Source: Candidatus Heimdallarchaeota archaeon
GTDB lineage: Archaea > Asgardarchaeota > Heimdallarchaeia > JABLTI01
NCBI GenBank assembly: GCA_019058275.1
Contig: JAHLVW010000094.1
Location: 91,070 to 155,069 of the forward strand
Direction: 5' to 3'
DNA: 64,000 bases
In this document: positions 42,887-55,500 of the stretch, piece after piece
Layout of the letters: every line of letters starts with the position of its first letter
Numbering within the stretch: position 1 is the stretch's first letter
Program-made: the position numbers and the translations under genes
Notes under the pieces: generated by a model
Database searches by the model: none
Seen by the model: the letters and a program-made list of their open reading frames with translations, nothing else
What the model was told of the DNA's origin: nothing

Positions 42887-43005
42887 TGTTGGAAATTGTT
42901 AGTAATATTGTTTGTAACTTTAGCATAGTAGAATAAATATTTTATTCATACTTGGTTATTATTTCATTAATAAGTTAAAATAATAAATCTCTTTAGAAGA
43001 TAGTT

Positions 43006-44145
43006 CTAAAGAGTTTCAGTTGTTGGTGCTTGTTCTTCAATCTCCTCTTCTTTCTTCTTTTTCCCTTTCCAGAAATTCTTCTTGTTTAGAAATCTACCAA
43101 GATAAATAAGCCCTAACATTATTGGTACTTCCCAGAACAAACCCATTGTTGTACCTAGTGCAGCCATTGATCCCACACCATACATTCCTATAGCTGTAGC
43201 AATTGCTATCTCGAAATGACTTGAACTGCCAATAATTGTAGTTATAATGGCTTCTCTGTAACGCAGTTTTAGAAGTTTTGTTGTTAATATATTATATCCA
43301 ACTACAATTACGAAACCAACTAAAAGTGGAATGGAAATCCATAATAATTCTAACGGATTGTCAATGAGAACTTGACCATTTATAGCAAAGAGTACAATTA
43401 GTGTTAATAAGAGCGCAACCATAGAAATCTTACCAACAACTGGTCGGTATTTATTATCAAACCATTCTTGATCTTTTGCCTTAACTAATAACTTCTTACT
43501 TACAAAACCAAGAATTAATGGAATTCCAATGAAGAGAGATACAGTGATAAATAACCATAATCTATCAATAGCAATATTTTGGATCCCAGTAAGTAAAGAA
43601 ACAATTGGAACATAAAGAAATATGATTGTTATTGTGTTAATTGTTGTGTTAATCACATTCTGTTCTTGATTACCTTTCGAGAGTGATCCCCAAACCAAAA
43701 CCATAGCAGTACATGGACTGGAACCAAGCAGAATAACTGCGACAATTAATTGATCAGCATTAAGCAGGTTCCTTAAAATCAAATATCCAAGTCCTGCTGC
43801 AATTAGTGGAGCTATGATCCAATTTGATACAAGAGCAAGAACTATTGGCAGAGGATTTTTTCCTAGCTTCTTCAATTCTGATAACTGCAAGTTGAGTAAT
43901 GCTGGATACATCATAAAGAATAAGCAGATACCAATTGGTATGTTGATTTTATAAACTGTCCAACCACTTAACGTATCACCAATAATTGGCAAATATCTTG
44001 AGAGTAGAATACCAATCCCCATACAGAGAACAACCCAAAGAGCTAAGTATTTTTCAAAAAATCCAAGTTTATGCTCTTTCTCAATGACCGTCGTAGGTAT
44101 AATTTCATCTTTTAGATCTGAAGATTCTATTGATACTTCGTCCAT
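43006..44145 (-). CDS. acr3: Acr3 family arsenite efflux transporter
   Basis: FFEKYLALWV, MMYP, NWIIAP, PCTAMVLVW, SSHFEIAIA. Confidence 0.95.
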   Translation of the reverse strand: MDEVSIESSDLKDEIIPTTVIEKEHKLGFFEKYLALWVVLCMGIGILLSRYLPIIGDTLSGWTVYKINIPIGICLFFMMYPALLNLQLSELKKLGKNPLPIVLALVSNWIIAPLIAAGLGYLILRNLLNADQLIVAVILLGSSPCTAMVLVWGSLSKGNQEQNVINTTINTITIIFLYVPIVSLLTGIQNIAIDRLWLFITVSLFIGIPLILGFVSKKLLVKAKDQEWFDNKYRPVVGKISMVALLLTLIVLFAINGQVLIDNPLELLWISIPLLVGFVIVVGYNILTTKLLKLRYREAIITTIIGSSSHFEIAIATAIGMYGVGSMAALGTTMGLFWEVPIMLGLIYLGRFLNKKNFWKGKKKKEEEIEEQAPTTETL

Positions 44146-44205
44146 TTCTGTTCCTTCATTTTTCTATTGTACACTTCATTTAATGTTCCTCTCTGAAAAC
44201 AAGGT

Positions 44206-44242
44206 ATATAAAAAGTTTTTTATATGAAAAATATTTCATATA
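44206..44242. promoter_or_regulatory. Putative ArsR operator in the acr3/arsM divergent promoter
   Basis: TATATGAAA-AATA-TTTCATATA (44221-44242) and overlapping ATATAAAAA-GT-TTTTTATAT (44206-44225). Confidence 0.6.
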
Positions 44243-44255
44243 CCCAGGGATATAA

Positions 44256-45023
44256 ATGACTGATTCAAAAGAATACATAAAGAAACGATATGCAAAAGCA
44301 TTAGAAAAGGCACAAGAAAAAAACACTAGCTGTTGTGATTCGAGTGAACCAGCACCAAAACAAGAGGAAAGCGCATGCTGTTCTAACAAACCTATTCTTC
44401 TACCTAAGAAACAAGAAATAGTGATTCCGAGTTTTGGTTCTACGTCTGATCTAGCTAAAAAGGCAAATCTCGAAGAGGGTGATGTTGTAGTTGATTTTGG
44501 CAGTGGACCAGGGCATGATCTTTTAAGTGTTGCGAAATTGGTAGGAAAGAAAGGAAAAGCAATTGGCATAGATTTCACTCCAGAAATGATTGAACATGCA
44601 ACTGATCTAGCTAAAAAGATGTCATTGGATAATGTTGAAGTAAAGCAAGGTGATATTGCAAATGTTCCATTAGAGGATAACATCGCTGATGTTGTAATAT
44701 CAAACTGTGTTATTAATCTCTCTGCTAACAAATATGATGTATTTAAGGAAGCATTTAGAATTTTAAAACTTGGTGGACGATTGGTTGATTCAGATATAAT
44801 AGCTGCACAAGAATTACCTGAAAGCCTTAGAAAAGATAAAGATGCTTGGTGTGGTTGTATAGGCGGAGCTCTTACTCAAGAAGGTTATGTTGAAGCAATT
44901 AAAAAAGCTGGATTTAGTGATATAACTGTAGATATAGAATCTGAACGTACAGGAAAAATTAACTGGGAAGGTAATGATTATCTGATACATTCTGGTATTA
45001 TCCGAGCCACAAAACCAGAATAG
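44256..45023 (+). CDS. arsM: Arsenite methyltransferase-like SAM-dependent methyltransferase
   Basis: VVDFGSGPG, DVVISNCVINL, WCGCIGGA, N-terminal CC pairs; arsenic gene context. Confidence 0.88.
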   Translation: MTDSKEYIKKRYAKALEKAQEKNTSCCDSSEPAPKQEESACCSNKPILLPKKQEIVIPSFGSTSDLAKKANLEEGDVVVDFGSGPGHDLLSVAKLVGKKGKAIGIDFTPEMIEHATDLAKKMSLDNVEVKQGDIANVPLEDNIADVVISNCVINLSANKYDVFKEAFRILKLGGRLVDSDIIAAQELPESLRKDKDAWCGCIGGALTQEGYVEAIKKAGFSDITVDIESERTGKINWEGNDYLIHSGIIRATKPE

Positions 45024-45047
45024 CTGGAAAAGAAGAATTAAAGTCAA

Positions 45048-45530
45048 TTGGATAATGGACCGAGAATTATGAACTCAGATGATAGCAAAGACTCAAAGAA
45101 ACAACAAGTAAAAATTGTTGAAATAAAAGGTACTGAAGATATTAAGGATTTAAACGATATCATAGATAAAACAGACCTGAATCAGATTTGCTGTGTATCC
45201 AAAGATAGAAATGAATACATTACAGATATCGATTATTTTGAGGAAGCTGACAATTTTTCATCAGTTTTAAAATTGGTTTCAAATCCAATTCGACTAAAAA
45301 TTCTCTTAATTCTCTTAGATAAGGATTGGGCTTGCAATTGTGAATTTGAATCAGCATTTGACGAACACCAAACATTAATCTCCCATCATCTGAGGAATCT
45401 CCGAGAAGGGGGGTTAATTACTTTTAAAAAGAAAGGACAATGGAAATTCTACAAGATTGTTGACGAAGCTCGTCCTTTCTCAGAAAAACTTCGAAGTCTA
45501 ATTCTTGTTCTGCCAAAGGATACAAAATAG
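45048..45530 (+). CDS. arsR: ArsR/SmtB family transcriptional regulator
   Basis: SNPIRLKIL, CNCE metal site, QTLISHHLRNLREGGLI..KKGQWKFY. Confidence 0.9.
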   Translation: MDNGPRIMNSDDSKDSKKQQVKIVEIKGTEDIKDLNDIIDKTDLNQICCVSKDRNEYITDIDYFEEADNFSSVLKLVSNPIRLKILLILLDKDWACNCEFESAFDEHQTLISHHLRNLREGGLITFKKKGQWKFYKIVDEARPFSEKLRSLILVLPKDTK

Positions 45531-45540
45531 GCTGATTAAA

Positions 45541-45862
45541 ATGCCAATGCCTGAATGGATTCAAAAAGATAGGTTAGTGGCAAGTAAGTATAGAATCAAT
45601 AGAAAATACCTCGACATTCCAAAAGAATACAATTTATCGAGGGGAAAAAATACAAAGCACTGATAAGTGGGCTTGGTTTAAGTATGTTGTAATTAGTCAG
45701 AAATATGGTAAATATTGGGTTCGTTACACCGATGGTATTTATGAATGCAATTGTCCTTTTTTTAAGCATCGTAGAATTTGCTCACATATTCTAGGGGTAG
45801 CTTAGTTAACTGAAGTTTGGCCTGAAAAGGAATCTATATTTCCCACAAAAGAAGATAAATAA
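45541..45862 (+). pseudogene. SWIM zinc-finger protein, disrupted (missing from ORF track)
   Basis: Manual translation YECNCPFFKHRRICSHILGV (CxC-x7-CxH at 45746-45787); frameshift near the 5' end and TAG at 45803-45805. Confidence 0.7.
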
Positions 45863-45866
45863 TCAA

Positions 45867-46733
45867 CTAAGAACCAGGTTGTACCATAAGGTCACTTTCT
45901 ATCAATAATTCTTGAATTGATTTTTCTGTTAGATCAATTGTTGTTCTAAGGTCCTCTATAATACAATCACGTAAAAATCTTAACAAATTTGGTAATTGTC
46001 TTAAATCTCGAATTATGAAATCAGGATTTTGTTCTTGTAAATGAGGTTTCACAAATTTCATAATCTTCTCATTCATAGCAACCGTTAATGTTCCTGCTCG
46101 TTTGCCTGCAATCACATCGCTAGCTTGATCACCAATTGAGATTACCTCATCAGCTTTTAAGTCCAGAATTTTCATTGCTTTAAACATACCAGTTGCATTT
46201 GGTTTAATGAGTTTCACATCATCACGAGTAAGTACAAGATCAAATTCCTTTATTTCAGGTATTTTTTCTTTAGCAATATTGATAACCTGTTTGCTGGAAT
46301 TTGTTAATAAAACTAATTTGTAATCTTGAGCTAATATTTCTCTAAGAACCTCTCTAACGCCAATGGTTGGAACAATTGTTTTACGATTTTTAGCATAAAT
46401 GATTGCTGTTGTTATTACAAATTTTAGTGATTGGAAGTTTGTCATTCCAAATCTTTTTCCCATATTGAAAGCAAATTTGAAGAGACTGGTTTTATTTGGT
46501 TGCTTCTCTAAAGTGTTTAACATTGTAAAACCTTCTAAGGAAGCATCAGCAATTTGCTGATCTGTAATATCGGGCTTTGCCATTAATGCAGCACTAACAA
46601 TTGGCCAACCTATTCTAACTTGGAAAGAAGAAATAACTCCATCAAAATCGAATATAATCCCTTTTATTTTTGAACCAATGCTTGTTGAAGTTAGTTCAGT
46701 AGATGGTATAGTCTGTGTATTGCTAGAATTCAT
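45867..46733 (-). CDS. HAD superfamily hydrolase
   Basis: IIFDFDGV, LTNS, KPN, IGDQASDV. Confidence 0.92.
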   Translation of the reverse strand: MNSSNTQTIPSTELTSTSIGSKIKGIIFDFDGVISSFQVRIGWPIVSAALMAKPDITDQQIADASLEGFTMLNTLEKQPNKTSLFKFAFNMGKRFGMTNFQSLKFVITTAIIYAKNRKTIVPTIGVREVLREILAQDYKLVLLTNSSKQVINIAKEKIPEIKEFDLVLTRDDVKLIKPNATGMFKAMKILDLKADEVISIGDQASDVIAGKRAGTLTVAMNEKIMKFVKPHLQEQNPDFIIRDLRQLPNLLRFLRDCIIEDLRTTIDLTEKSIQELLIESDLMVQPGS

Positions 46734-46988
46734 TTTAAATAACCTTATGACTTGTATTAGTTTAAAACCAACCTTTTTTATCCGTTCTTTACAATTAATT
46801 TAAACATATTGTTTAGTGTTCTTGAATATTCGGATATGTACGTTTAATTTTCAAACAGGTTTTTTGTTAGAAAATAAAATACATAGATAGTGAAATTGTA
46901 GTTTGTTGTAATTCACCAACCTTAATAAACTTCCATTTCTTATTATTCAATAATTATATATTCAATAACTTGAATTTGAGGAAAGTAG

Positions 46989-47381
46989 ATGGATTCCAGT
47001 AGTGCAATGAGTCTCTATATACTAATAGTCATAATTGTTGCTTTAATAGCAAATATCATATTCTATCGTTTAGTTTTTAAGAAAAAGAAAAGAAAGAAAG
47101 CAAATTTATTTTCATGGCTTACTACTCTTGGAATTATGGTTCCTATTAGTTTAGGTTTGGTATTTCCTTTTGCGAGAGCAGCAGAATTTGATGATCCTGG
47201 TGGTGGTATTGGATTTGCTTTGTTGATGTTTGCTATCATATTACCAGCTTTTTGGTTTTTACCCACTACAATTTATCTTGGCATAAGAGCCATTTTCATT
47301 GCTATTACTAAAAGACGTGAAAGAGAGATAATATCAGATACTATAGTAAATGCAGAATTAACAAAAGTAGAAGAAGATTAA
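46989..47381 (+). CDS. Small 3-TM membrane protein
   Basis: Three hydrophobic segments flanked by basic clusters. Confidence 0.7.
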   Translation: MDSSSAMSLYILIVIIVALIANIIFYRLVFKKKKRKKANLFSWLTTLGIMVPISLGLVFPFARAAEFDDPGGGIGFALLMFAIILPAFWFLPTTIYLGIRAIFIAITKRREREIISDTIVNAELTKVEED

Positions 47382-47395
47382 AACAGAATACTTCT

Positions 47396-48148
47396 TCAAA
47401 TCATTTCCTTAACTTTAACAACTAAGAAATCAACTAGCTTTTCCATATATTTATGTCCTTTTTCTGCTGTAGCTTTTACAGGATCTCCAAGAATACCATT
47501 TTGTGTTAAGGCTTTTATCCCTTTTTCAAAAACCATCTCACCTTCTTTTTGACCAAACTTGCCAACGAATCCTGGAGCGAACCTCTCCTTGATTACTAAA
47601 TCATTTGCTAATGCTAACATTAATGAGCTTTCATTTTCACCAGCGTGAGCACCAGCCTCTTCAGGTTTTATTCCTTCTGTTGCTGAATATTCTAGCAAAA
47701 TATCTACGAATTCATATAGATCAGTATAGCCATTAATATTAACAGAGGTATATTGATTTTGTAATTCATCAATGACTTCTTTCAGTGGTGCAAAATTCCC
47801 TCCATGGCTTGGGATGAAAATAATGTTTGTAAACCCGTGTTTGCTTAAGTTTTTTACATAATCTCTTATAACTGCTTTAAATGTTGATTTTTGCAATGTA
47901 ATAGTCCCAGGAAATCCTAAATGATGCTTTGAGCAAGCAATTCTTATAGTTGGTCCTTGTAAGGTTTTGTCTATTTTTTCAGTAATCTTTTGGACTAAAA
48001 CATCTCCTATTAATGAATCAGTTTTAGTTGGTAAATGTGGTCCATGTTGTTCAATTGAACCTACAGCTATTAAAATCGTATAATAACCATCTTGTATAGC
48101 AGTTTGAATGTCTTGCCAATTCATATCTTCAGTTCTGGCAGTTTTCAT
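47396..48148 (-). CDS. Creatininase family amidohydrolase
   Basis: GSIEQHGPHLP..TD, HHLGFPGTI, HGGN, HAGENESS. Confidence 0.93.
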   Translation of the reverse strand: MKTARTEDMNWQDIQTAIQDGYYTILIAVGSIEQHGPHLPTKTDSLIGDVLVQKITEKIDKTLQGPTIRIACSKHHLGFPGTITLQKSTFKAVIRDYVKNLSKHGFTNIIFIPSHGGNFAPLKEVIDELQNQYTSVNINGYTDLYEFVDILLEYSATEGIKPEEAGAHAGENESSLMLALANDLVIKERFAPGFVGKFGQKEGEMVFEKGIKALTQNGILGDPVKATAEKGHKYMEKLVDFLVVKVKEMI

Positions 48149-48385
48149 CTACAATCCCTCGATGATTGACTTATTAATGTTTTAAAATAATCTAATCAAC
48201 TGTTTTTTGCTATTCTTGATATCTTTATTTCAACAATTAAACAACAACCAATAAAAAAAGATTTTTGTCAGCATTAGCATATAAAGTAAATATTATATTC
48301 CTTAAAGATAGAGAAATCATATTCACTGATTAATTTGATTATAATTCGCATGGGAACTATAATATAAATTCCGAGCGTCTACCTA

Positions 48386-51300
48386 ATGAGTAAAAGAATA
48401 AAGATTCTTCATTTAGAAGATAACAAAATAGATGTAGAATTGGTTAAAGAAATACTAACTATTGAAAAAATTAATTTTACATCAACTAGTGTAGATAATC
48501 AAGAGGATTTTATAAAGGAATTGAAAAAAGAACCCATAGACATAATTTTAGCTGATTATAGTCTTCCATCTTTTGATGGATTAAGTGCATTAAAGCTAGC
48601 TCGCGAAATGGGTATAAACACTCCTTTTATTCTTGTTTCTGCAGTTTTAGGAGAAGAACTAGCAATTGAAGCATTACAAAGTGGAGCTACTGATTATGTT
48701 TTGAAATCAAGAATGGAGCGTTTAGTTCCAGCAATTCAAAGAGCTTTACGTGAAATTGAGGATAGAGATCACAGAATAAAACTAGAAAAGAACATAACTG
48801 AATTAGAAGACGTCTATGAGAAAATTGCTGAAAGGGTTAGAGGATTTCTAAAAATGGATTTACCAACAGGGAAATTCTCTCTCGTTGATAAATTCCTTGA
48901 AGAACTGAGTGGTTACCAAAAAAAAGATTGGTATGAGAATCCCAATTTCATTCAACAGATTATTCATCCTGATTTTAAAGAATATTACAATGAAAACTTC
49001 AAGAAAATGCAAAATGGTTTTGTACCAAAAATGATGGAATACAAAATCAAACGTAAAGATGGTGATGAGCGATGGTGGTTGCAATTTAATATCGGTGCAT
49101 ATGACATAAATCAAAATTTAGTGTCGGTATCAATTGTTGTTATTGATAATACAGAAACAAAAGAATCACTCATTAAATATCAGAATTTATTTGAAAACGC
49201 TTTAGTTGGTATGTATCGAACTAATATCCAATCTGGTGCGATATTTGAAGCGAATGAAACTATGGCTAAACTATTTGGTTGTTCAACAATTGAGGAATTC
49301 AAACAGTTCAGTGCTGGTGAATTTTATCCAGATGAAAAATCCCGAAACGAACTCTTGCGGATATTACGAAGTGATGGATTTGTAAAAGGTTATCAAATGA
49401 GATTAATTAGTAAAAATGGAAATCCTATCTGGGTAAGTCTTTCTGCCAAAATATTCTTAAAAGAAGGTTATATTGAAGGTGTTATTATAGATATCTCTGA
49501 ACAGAAGAAAGCACAAGAAGATCTTTTTAAGAGCGAAAGAGAGTTAGAGAAAGTTTTCGAACATAAAGCAACTGCTACAATAATTATAGATGGAGATATG
49601 ACAGTTTTAAAGTGCAATGAACAGCTAGAAATAATGTCAGGATACACAAAAGCGGAACTTGAAGGAAAGAAAAAATGGCCAGAATTTGTTCATCCAGATG
49701 ATTTGCCAAGATTAATTAAGTATCATAAAGTTAGAAGAGATAAAACTGGTAAAGCTCCTGAAGTTTATGAAGCCAGGTTAATAGATAAATATGGGAATAT
49801 TAGGGAGTCAATTATTTCTGTTGGAATAATTCCTGGAACAACCAAAGGCGTAGTATCTATGCTCGATATCTCTGAAAGGACAAAGGCAGTAAATGCATTA
49901 AAAAGAGATCGAAAAGTATACCAAATAATTGCAGAAGCAGCCATTCAGTCAATAGATATTCGTGATTTATGTCAGAAAGCTCTAATCGGTCTTGTGGAAA
50001 CATTAGGTTATGATTCAGGATCAATCCGAATTTATTATGAAAATGAAAAAGTCTTATTACCAATGGCTGATTATGGCTTAAAAGATGAAGCAAAATTCTT
50101 ACTTGGAAATGTTTCAATCAACAATACTGATTTACCACTTACACAATTCTTAGGGAAAGCTATTTTTGCACCGGATACACTTGATCATGAATTTCTAAAA
50201 ACAACTGATATTTATAAAAAATACAAATATCGTTCATTCGTTTCTTGGCCAATTTATACTGCTAATAAAAAATTCTTAGGGTCCATACAGTTAGGATCAT
50301 ATGAGAAGATGAATATTCATGAAGACGATCGGATATTTTTTGAGAATATTTCCGAAATCTTCTCAACAGCTATTGAAAGGAAATTAGCTGAGGAAGCTCT
50401 AAGAGAGAGTGAGAGTCAATACAGAAAACTTGTTGAGTCTTTACCTCAAAATTTGGGAGTAATTTTACTTCAAAAAAATGAGATAAAATATGCAAGTCCA
50501 ACTATCTTCAATATGTTTTTGGTTAATTCAATAAAAGATATCATAGGAGCTGATCCTATGCAATTCTTTTCTCAAAAAACCCAAGAGCAAGTTGATAATT
50601 ACATAAGCAGTATCTATGAAACTGAAACAAAAATCCCAATTTTGTATGAAACTATTCTTCGTAGAACTACTGGAGAAGAATTTTCAGCTGAAATTTTTGC
50701 TACTCTTACATCTTTTAGAGGTGAATCTGCTGTCCAAATTCTTATCTGGGAAATTACTGATCGAAAGAAAGCTGAAATAACAATACGAGAAAGTGAAGAA
50801 AAATACAGACGCTTAGTTGAGACCTCACCATCAGCCATCGTTCTTTTTGATCTTAAGGGTGAATTGCTTTTTGTGAATAAACAAGCTGTGCTATTATATG
50901 GTGCTGAAGATGAAACTGATCTGATTGGTAAAGCAATTTATGATGTGATTGCACCTAAAGACAGACCTAAAGTTGAGAAAATAATGGGAACAGTTATGGA
51001 GGGTGGTTTAATTCGTAATTTTGAGTTTACTTTTATTAAAAGAGATGGTACACCATTTCAAGGTGAAGTTAGCGCATCTGTTATTAAAGGAAAGATGAAT
51101 GAACCTAATGCAATAATAGCAGTAATGACCGATCTTTCAAGAAGAAAGGATATTGAAAGATAACAGAGAATGTTAGTTAACATTGTTGAAAATAGTAAAG
51201 AAGTGGTCATTTCTGTAGATGAAAGTGGTAAAATAATCTATGCCAATGCTCCAACTGAGGAAGTATTAGGTTATAAACCAGAGGAACTAATTGGTGCTCA

Positions 51301-52360
51301 AATTTCCATTCTTGCTCACCAGGTGGTGAGCATGTTCAAGAGAATATGCATAAAAGTACACTGGCAACTGGTAAAACTACCTTTGAAACTGTAAGAAAAC
51401 ACAAAAATGGTTCATTAATTCCAGTTATCATGACTTTAACAGCAATACAAGATCCTGAATCTAATACAACTACAATTAATGCAATTCTTGTAGACACATC
51501 AGACCTAAAGAGTTTTGGAAGCAACTCTTAAAGATCGATCTTATGAGTTAGAAGTTTTAAACAAAGTAATTTCTGCTGGTTATATTGCCAGAAATATGGA
51601 TGAATTGTTAGATTTCACATTAACAACAGTATTGAACTCCTTAGATTTCAATGGAGGAGCTATTTATTTTGTCAATGAGGAAAATTCAAAAGCTGCATTA
51701 CATCGATCTTTAGGTTTTTCAAATGCATTTATTGAGAGTGCTAAGACACTTCCCATTAAAAGCAAAACATTTAGAAAACTGTTCATTGATGGAAAAACCA
51801 TTTTTGCTGAGGATTATATGGATAGAAGTGAGGGTCATAAAGAAACTGGAATTAAAACCCTTATTGGTGTTCCATTTTTCTCGAAACAGAAAGTAATTGG
51901 CGGTCTAATATTAAGTTTAAAGGAAAAACGAGTTATATTAAAAGATGATTTAGTAACACTTGAAGCTATTGGTAGAGAAGTAGGAACAGCTGTTGCTAAA
52001 ATGCAAGGAGAGGAAGAACTTTTAGCATCTCAGAAAAATCTACAAACCATTTTTGATGCTATGTATGATTTCTTCATAGTATTTGATAGTGAAACTGGAG
52101 CAATCTTGAATGTCAATAAAATAGCTCAAGAAAAACTTGGTTATACAATTAAAGAACTTCAAAAAATGAGTTTCTTTGATTTATCAATAAAAGGAAAGAA
52201 GAAAGAACTTGAATCTATTATCAAAAGAGTTATTTCCGGAAAAATCAAGAATAGTTTTCTTATCCTAGAAGGAAAATCAGGCAAGAAAAACGAGGATAAT
52301 TTTGTTTTTTACAACGCTAAATTTACTAAACGAAAAGTTGTTATCGCTCGTTGTGGTTAG
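48386..52360 (+). pseudogene. REC-PAS-GAF multidomain sensor, disrupted (TAA 51161-51163, -1 shift ~51317, +1 shift ~51513-51516)
   Basis: Four ORF pieces align collinearly with the intact downstream paralog. Confidence 0.8.
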
Positions 52361-52505
52361 TTTGTAGTTATTTCTAAACCTTTTTTTTGAATTATCCTCA
52401 ATCAAAACTAAAATAAATCGCATTACTGTAGTTACATAATTGAAATAATTGTAGTAAACTTTTGAAAAATTAAATTATTGCTTGTATAATATGGAGTGAC
52501 ACTCT

Positions 52506-55500
52506 ATGAAATCACAAATAAAGATCCTTCACTTGGAAGATAATGAAAATGATGCTATGTTAGTAAAAGAAACACTATTAATGAAAGACATAAATTGTGA
52601 GATTATACATGTTGATAATAAAACTGATTTTATTGAAAATTTAGAAAAGCAAAGTTTTGATATTATCTTAGCGGATTACAATCTCCCTTCATTTGATGGT
52701 TTGGCAGCTTTAGAGCTTGGAGTACAACTTGCTCCTAATGTACCATTTATTTTTGTTTCTGGTGTTTTAGGAGAAGAACTTGCAATTGAGACTCTAAAAA
52801 GAGGTGCAACAGATTATGTAATAAAATCACGATTAGAACGATTAGTTCCAGCTGTAGAGCGAGCATTACGTGAACTAGAAGATAAAGCACAAAGAATTAG
52901 ACTTGAACGCGAAATTGTGGAATTAGAACAAATGATTGGTGAATTGAAGGGCATTTATGATCAGCTAACCAAAAGAGTAAGAGGTTTCCTTAAAATTGAG
53001 CTCCCATCAGGAAAATACTCAATTGTTGACAAATTTCTTGAGGACTTAAGTGGATATCAAATAAAAGATTGGCAAGAAACTCCCAATTTCATATCTCAAT
53101 TAATACATCCAGATTTTAAAGAAAATTACATTGAAAATATCGAGCAATTTAAAGATGGCATTGTTCCAAAAATGCTTGAATACAAAATAATGCGAAAAGA
53201 CGGAGAGGAACGTTGGTGGCTTCAGTTTAATATTGGAGCTTTTGATGCTCAAGGTAAATTGACTTCAGTTTCAGCAGTAATCATAGATAATACAGAAGAT
53301 AAAGAAACACAAGAAAAATATCAAGATCTTTTTGAAAATGCTCTTACTGGGATGTTTCGTTCTGATATAAAAACTGGAGAGATTTTTGAAGCAAATGAAA
53401 AGATGGCTCAGATTTTAGGTTGTTCATCTGTTGAGGAGTTTAAAAAATATAAGGCAACTGATTTTTACAGTGATATTAATGTTCGAAAGGAACTCATTGA
53501 AAATCTAAGGGATAAAGGTATTAATGAAGAATTTCAAGTGCAAATGAATCGAGTGGATGGTTCTACTATTTGGGTTAGCGAGTCTATTAGAATCTATCCA
53601 GATGAAGGCTATCTTCAAGGTTTACTTGTAGATATAACGGAAAGAAAATTAGCAGAAAATGCTTTAAAAAGAGATAGGAAAGCATTTCAAATCATCGCAG
53701 ACGCATCAGTTCATGCCAAAACAACTGAGGAGCTATCTAAAATAATCCTGGATGGTTTAGTAGATACATTTGATTTCGATGCTGGAACTTTTCGATCATA
53801 CAATAAAGAGAGTCAGATGTTGAATCCTATAGCAATTTCAGGAATTGAAGAAGACAAAAAGGAAAAAATACCTCCAATTTCTATTACGAATGAAAAACAT
53901 GTTGGCGCTCTGGTTGGGAGAACTAAAAGAGCAATATTTGCTCCTGATGTATTGAAGAATGATGCAACTAAAGATATTAAACCTCAGCTTGATAGCTATC
54001 ACGTGAGATCAAATATTACCTGGCCAATTCTGACTGCAGAAGATGAACTTATTGGTGTTTTACAACTTGTTTCTCAGACTCCAAAAGAGATACCAGAAAA
54101 AGATCGTAGTTTATTTGAAACAATTGCTGATATGCTTGCTTCAGCTTTGGAACTTAAAAAAGCAGATGAGGCTTTACGTGAAAGCGAAGAAAAATTCCGA
54201 GCCTTTGCTGAGCAATCATTATTTGGTGTTTCATTAACAAGCGTTGATGGAGATTTCATCTTTTTGAATGATGAAATTATTAAAATATCTGAGTTCTCTC
54301 GAGAAGAATTTCATTCTGTAAAAGTTGGTGATATAATCCGACAAATTTTCAAAGATGAAGATCTTAATAGATTGCGTAAGCAAATTCAATTAACTATGGA
54401 AGAAGAGCTAAAAGCATCTCCAATAGAAGAGTATCAAATCACATCAAAAAGTGGCAAAATAAAATGGGTATCAATACATCTAACACAAATAAAGATTAAA
54501 GAGGAATATGTTACAGGAATAGTAATTCTTGAAATAACAGAACAGAAGCGAGCACAGCTGACATTAGAACGGGAAAGAAAGGCTTTTCATATGCTTGCAG
54601 AAGCTATTGTTAATGCTAAAGACATCTCTGATTTATGCCAAAGAATTCTTGCAGGATTAACTGAAACAATGCATTATGCTGTTGGAACATTTAGGATATA
54701 CGATAAAGACACTCGCACTCTCTATCCAATAGCTATGGTTTTAGAAGAGGTAGAAAGACAAAGATTAATTCAACCATTATCAATAGATGATCCAACCTAC
54801 TTGAATACATATGTTGCCAAAACAAAAGAACCAGTTTTTGCTCCAAATGTTAGTAAACATTCACTTGCAAAGCAATTCCAAAAACGTTTGAATCGATTTA
54901 GAGCAAAGTCAATTATCACTTGGCCAATTCTTAATGCAACTGACGAGTTATTGGGAACTATTCAATTAGTAGCTCATCAACCGAAAGAAATACCAGAAGA
55001 AGATAGATTTTTCTTTGAAACAATAGTTAGGTTCTTAGCAAGCGCATTAGAAAAAGTTTGGTCTGAAGAAGCACTTCATGAGAGTCAAGAGTTATATAGA
55101 AGACTAATTGAGACATCTCCTTTTGCTATTATTAACACCGATTTAGAAGGAGATATTTTGATGGTCAATCATCAAGCATTACATACCTTTACTATATCAG
55201 ATGAATCTGATATTATTGGAAAGAATTTCTTTGATTTTATCTCTAAAGAAGAAAGAAAAAAAGCTAAACTCGATGTAAAGATTGCTGCTAACTCTGGTGT
55301 ATTAAGGAATATTGAGTACCTTATGTTAACGAGGACTGGTAAATCTTTTCCATTTGAGACAAGTATTTCAGTAATTCTAAACGAAGAACAAAAAGCAGAA
55401 TCATTTATTTTTATAGGGCAGAATATCGCACTTAGAAAGGACATCGAGGAACGGCAGAAGCGTCTCACAAATATTATTGAACATAGTGAACAAGTTGTAA

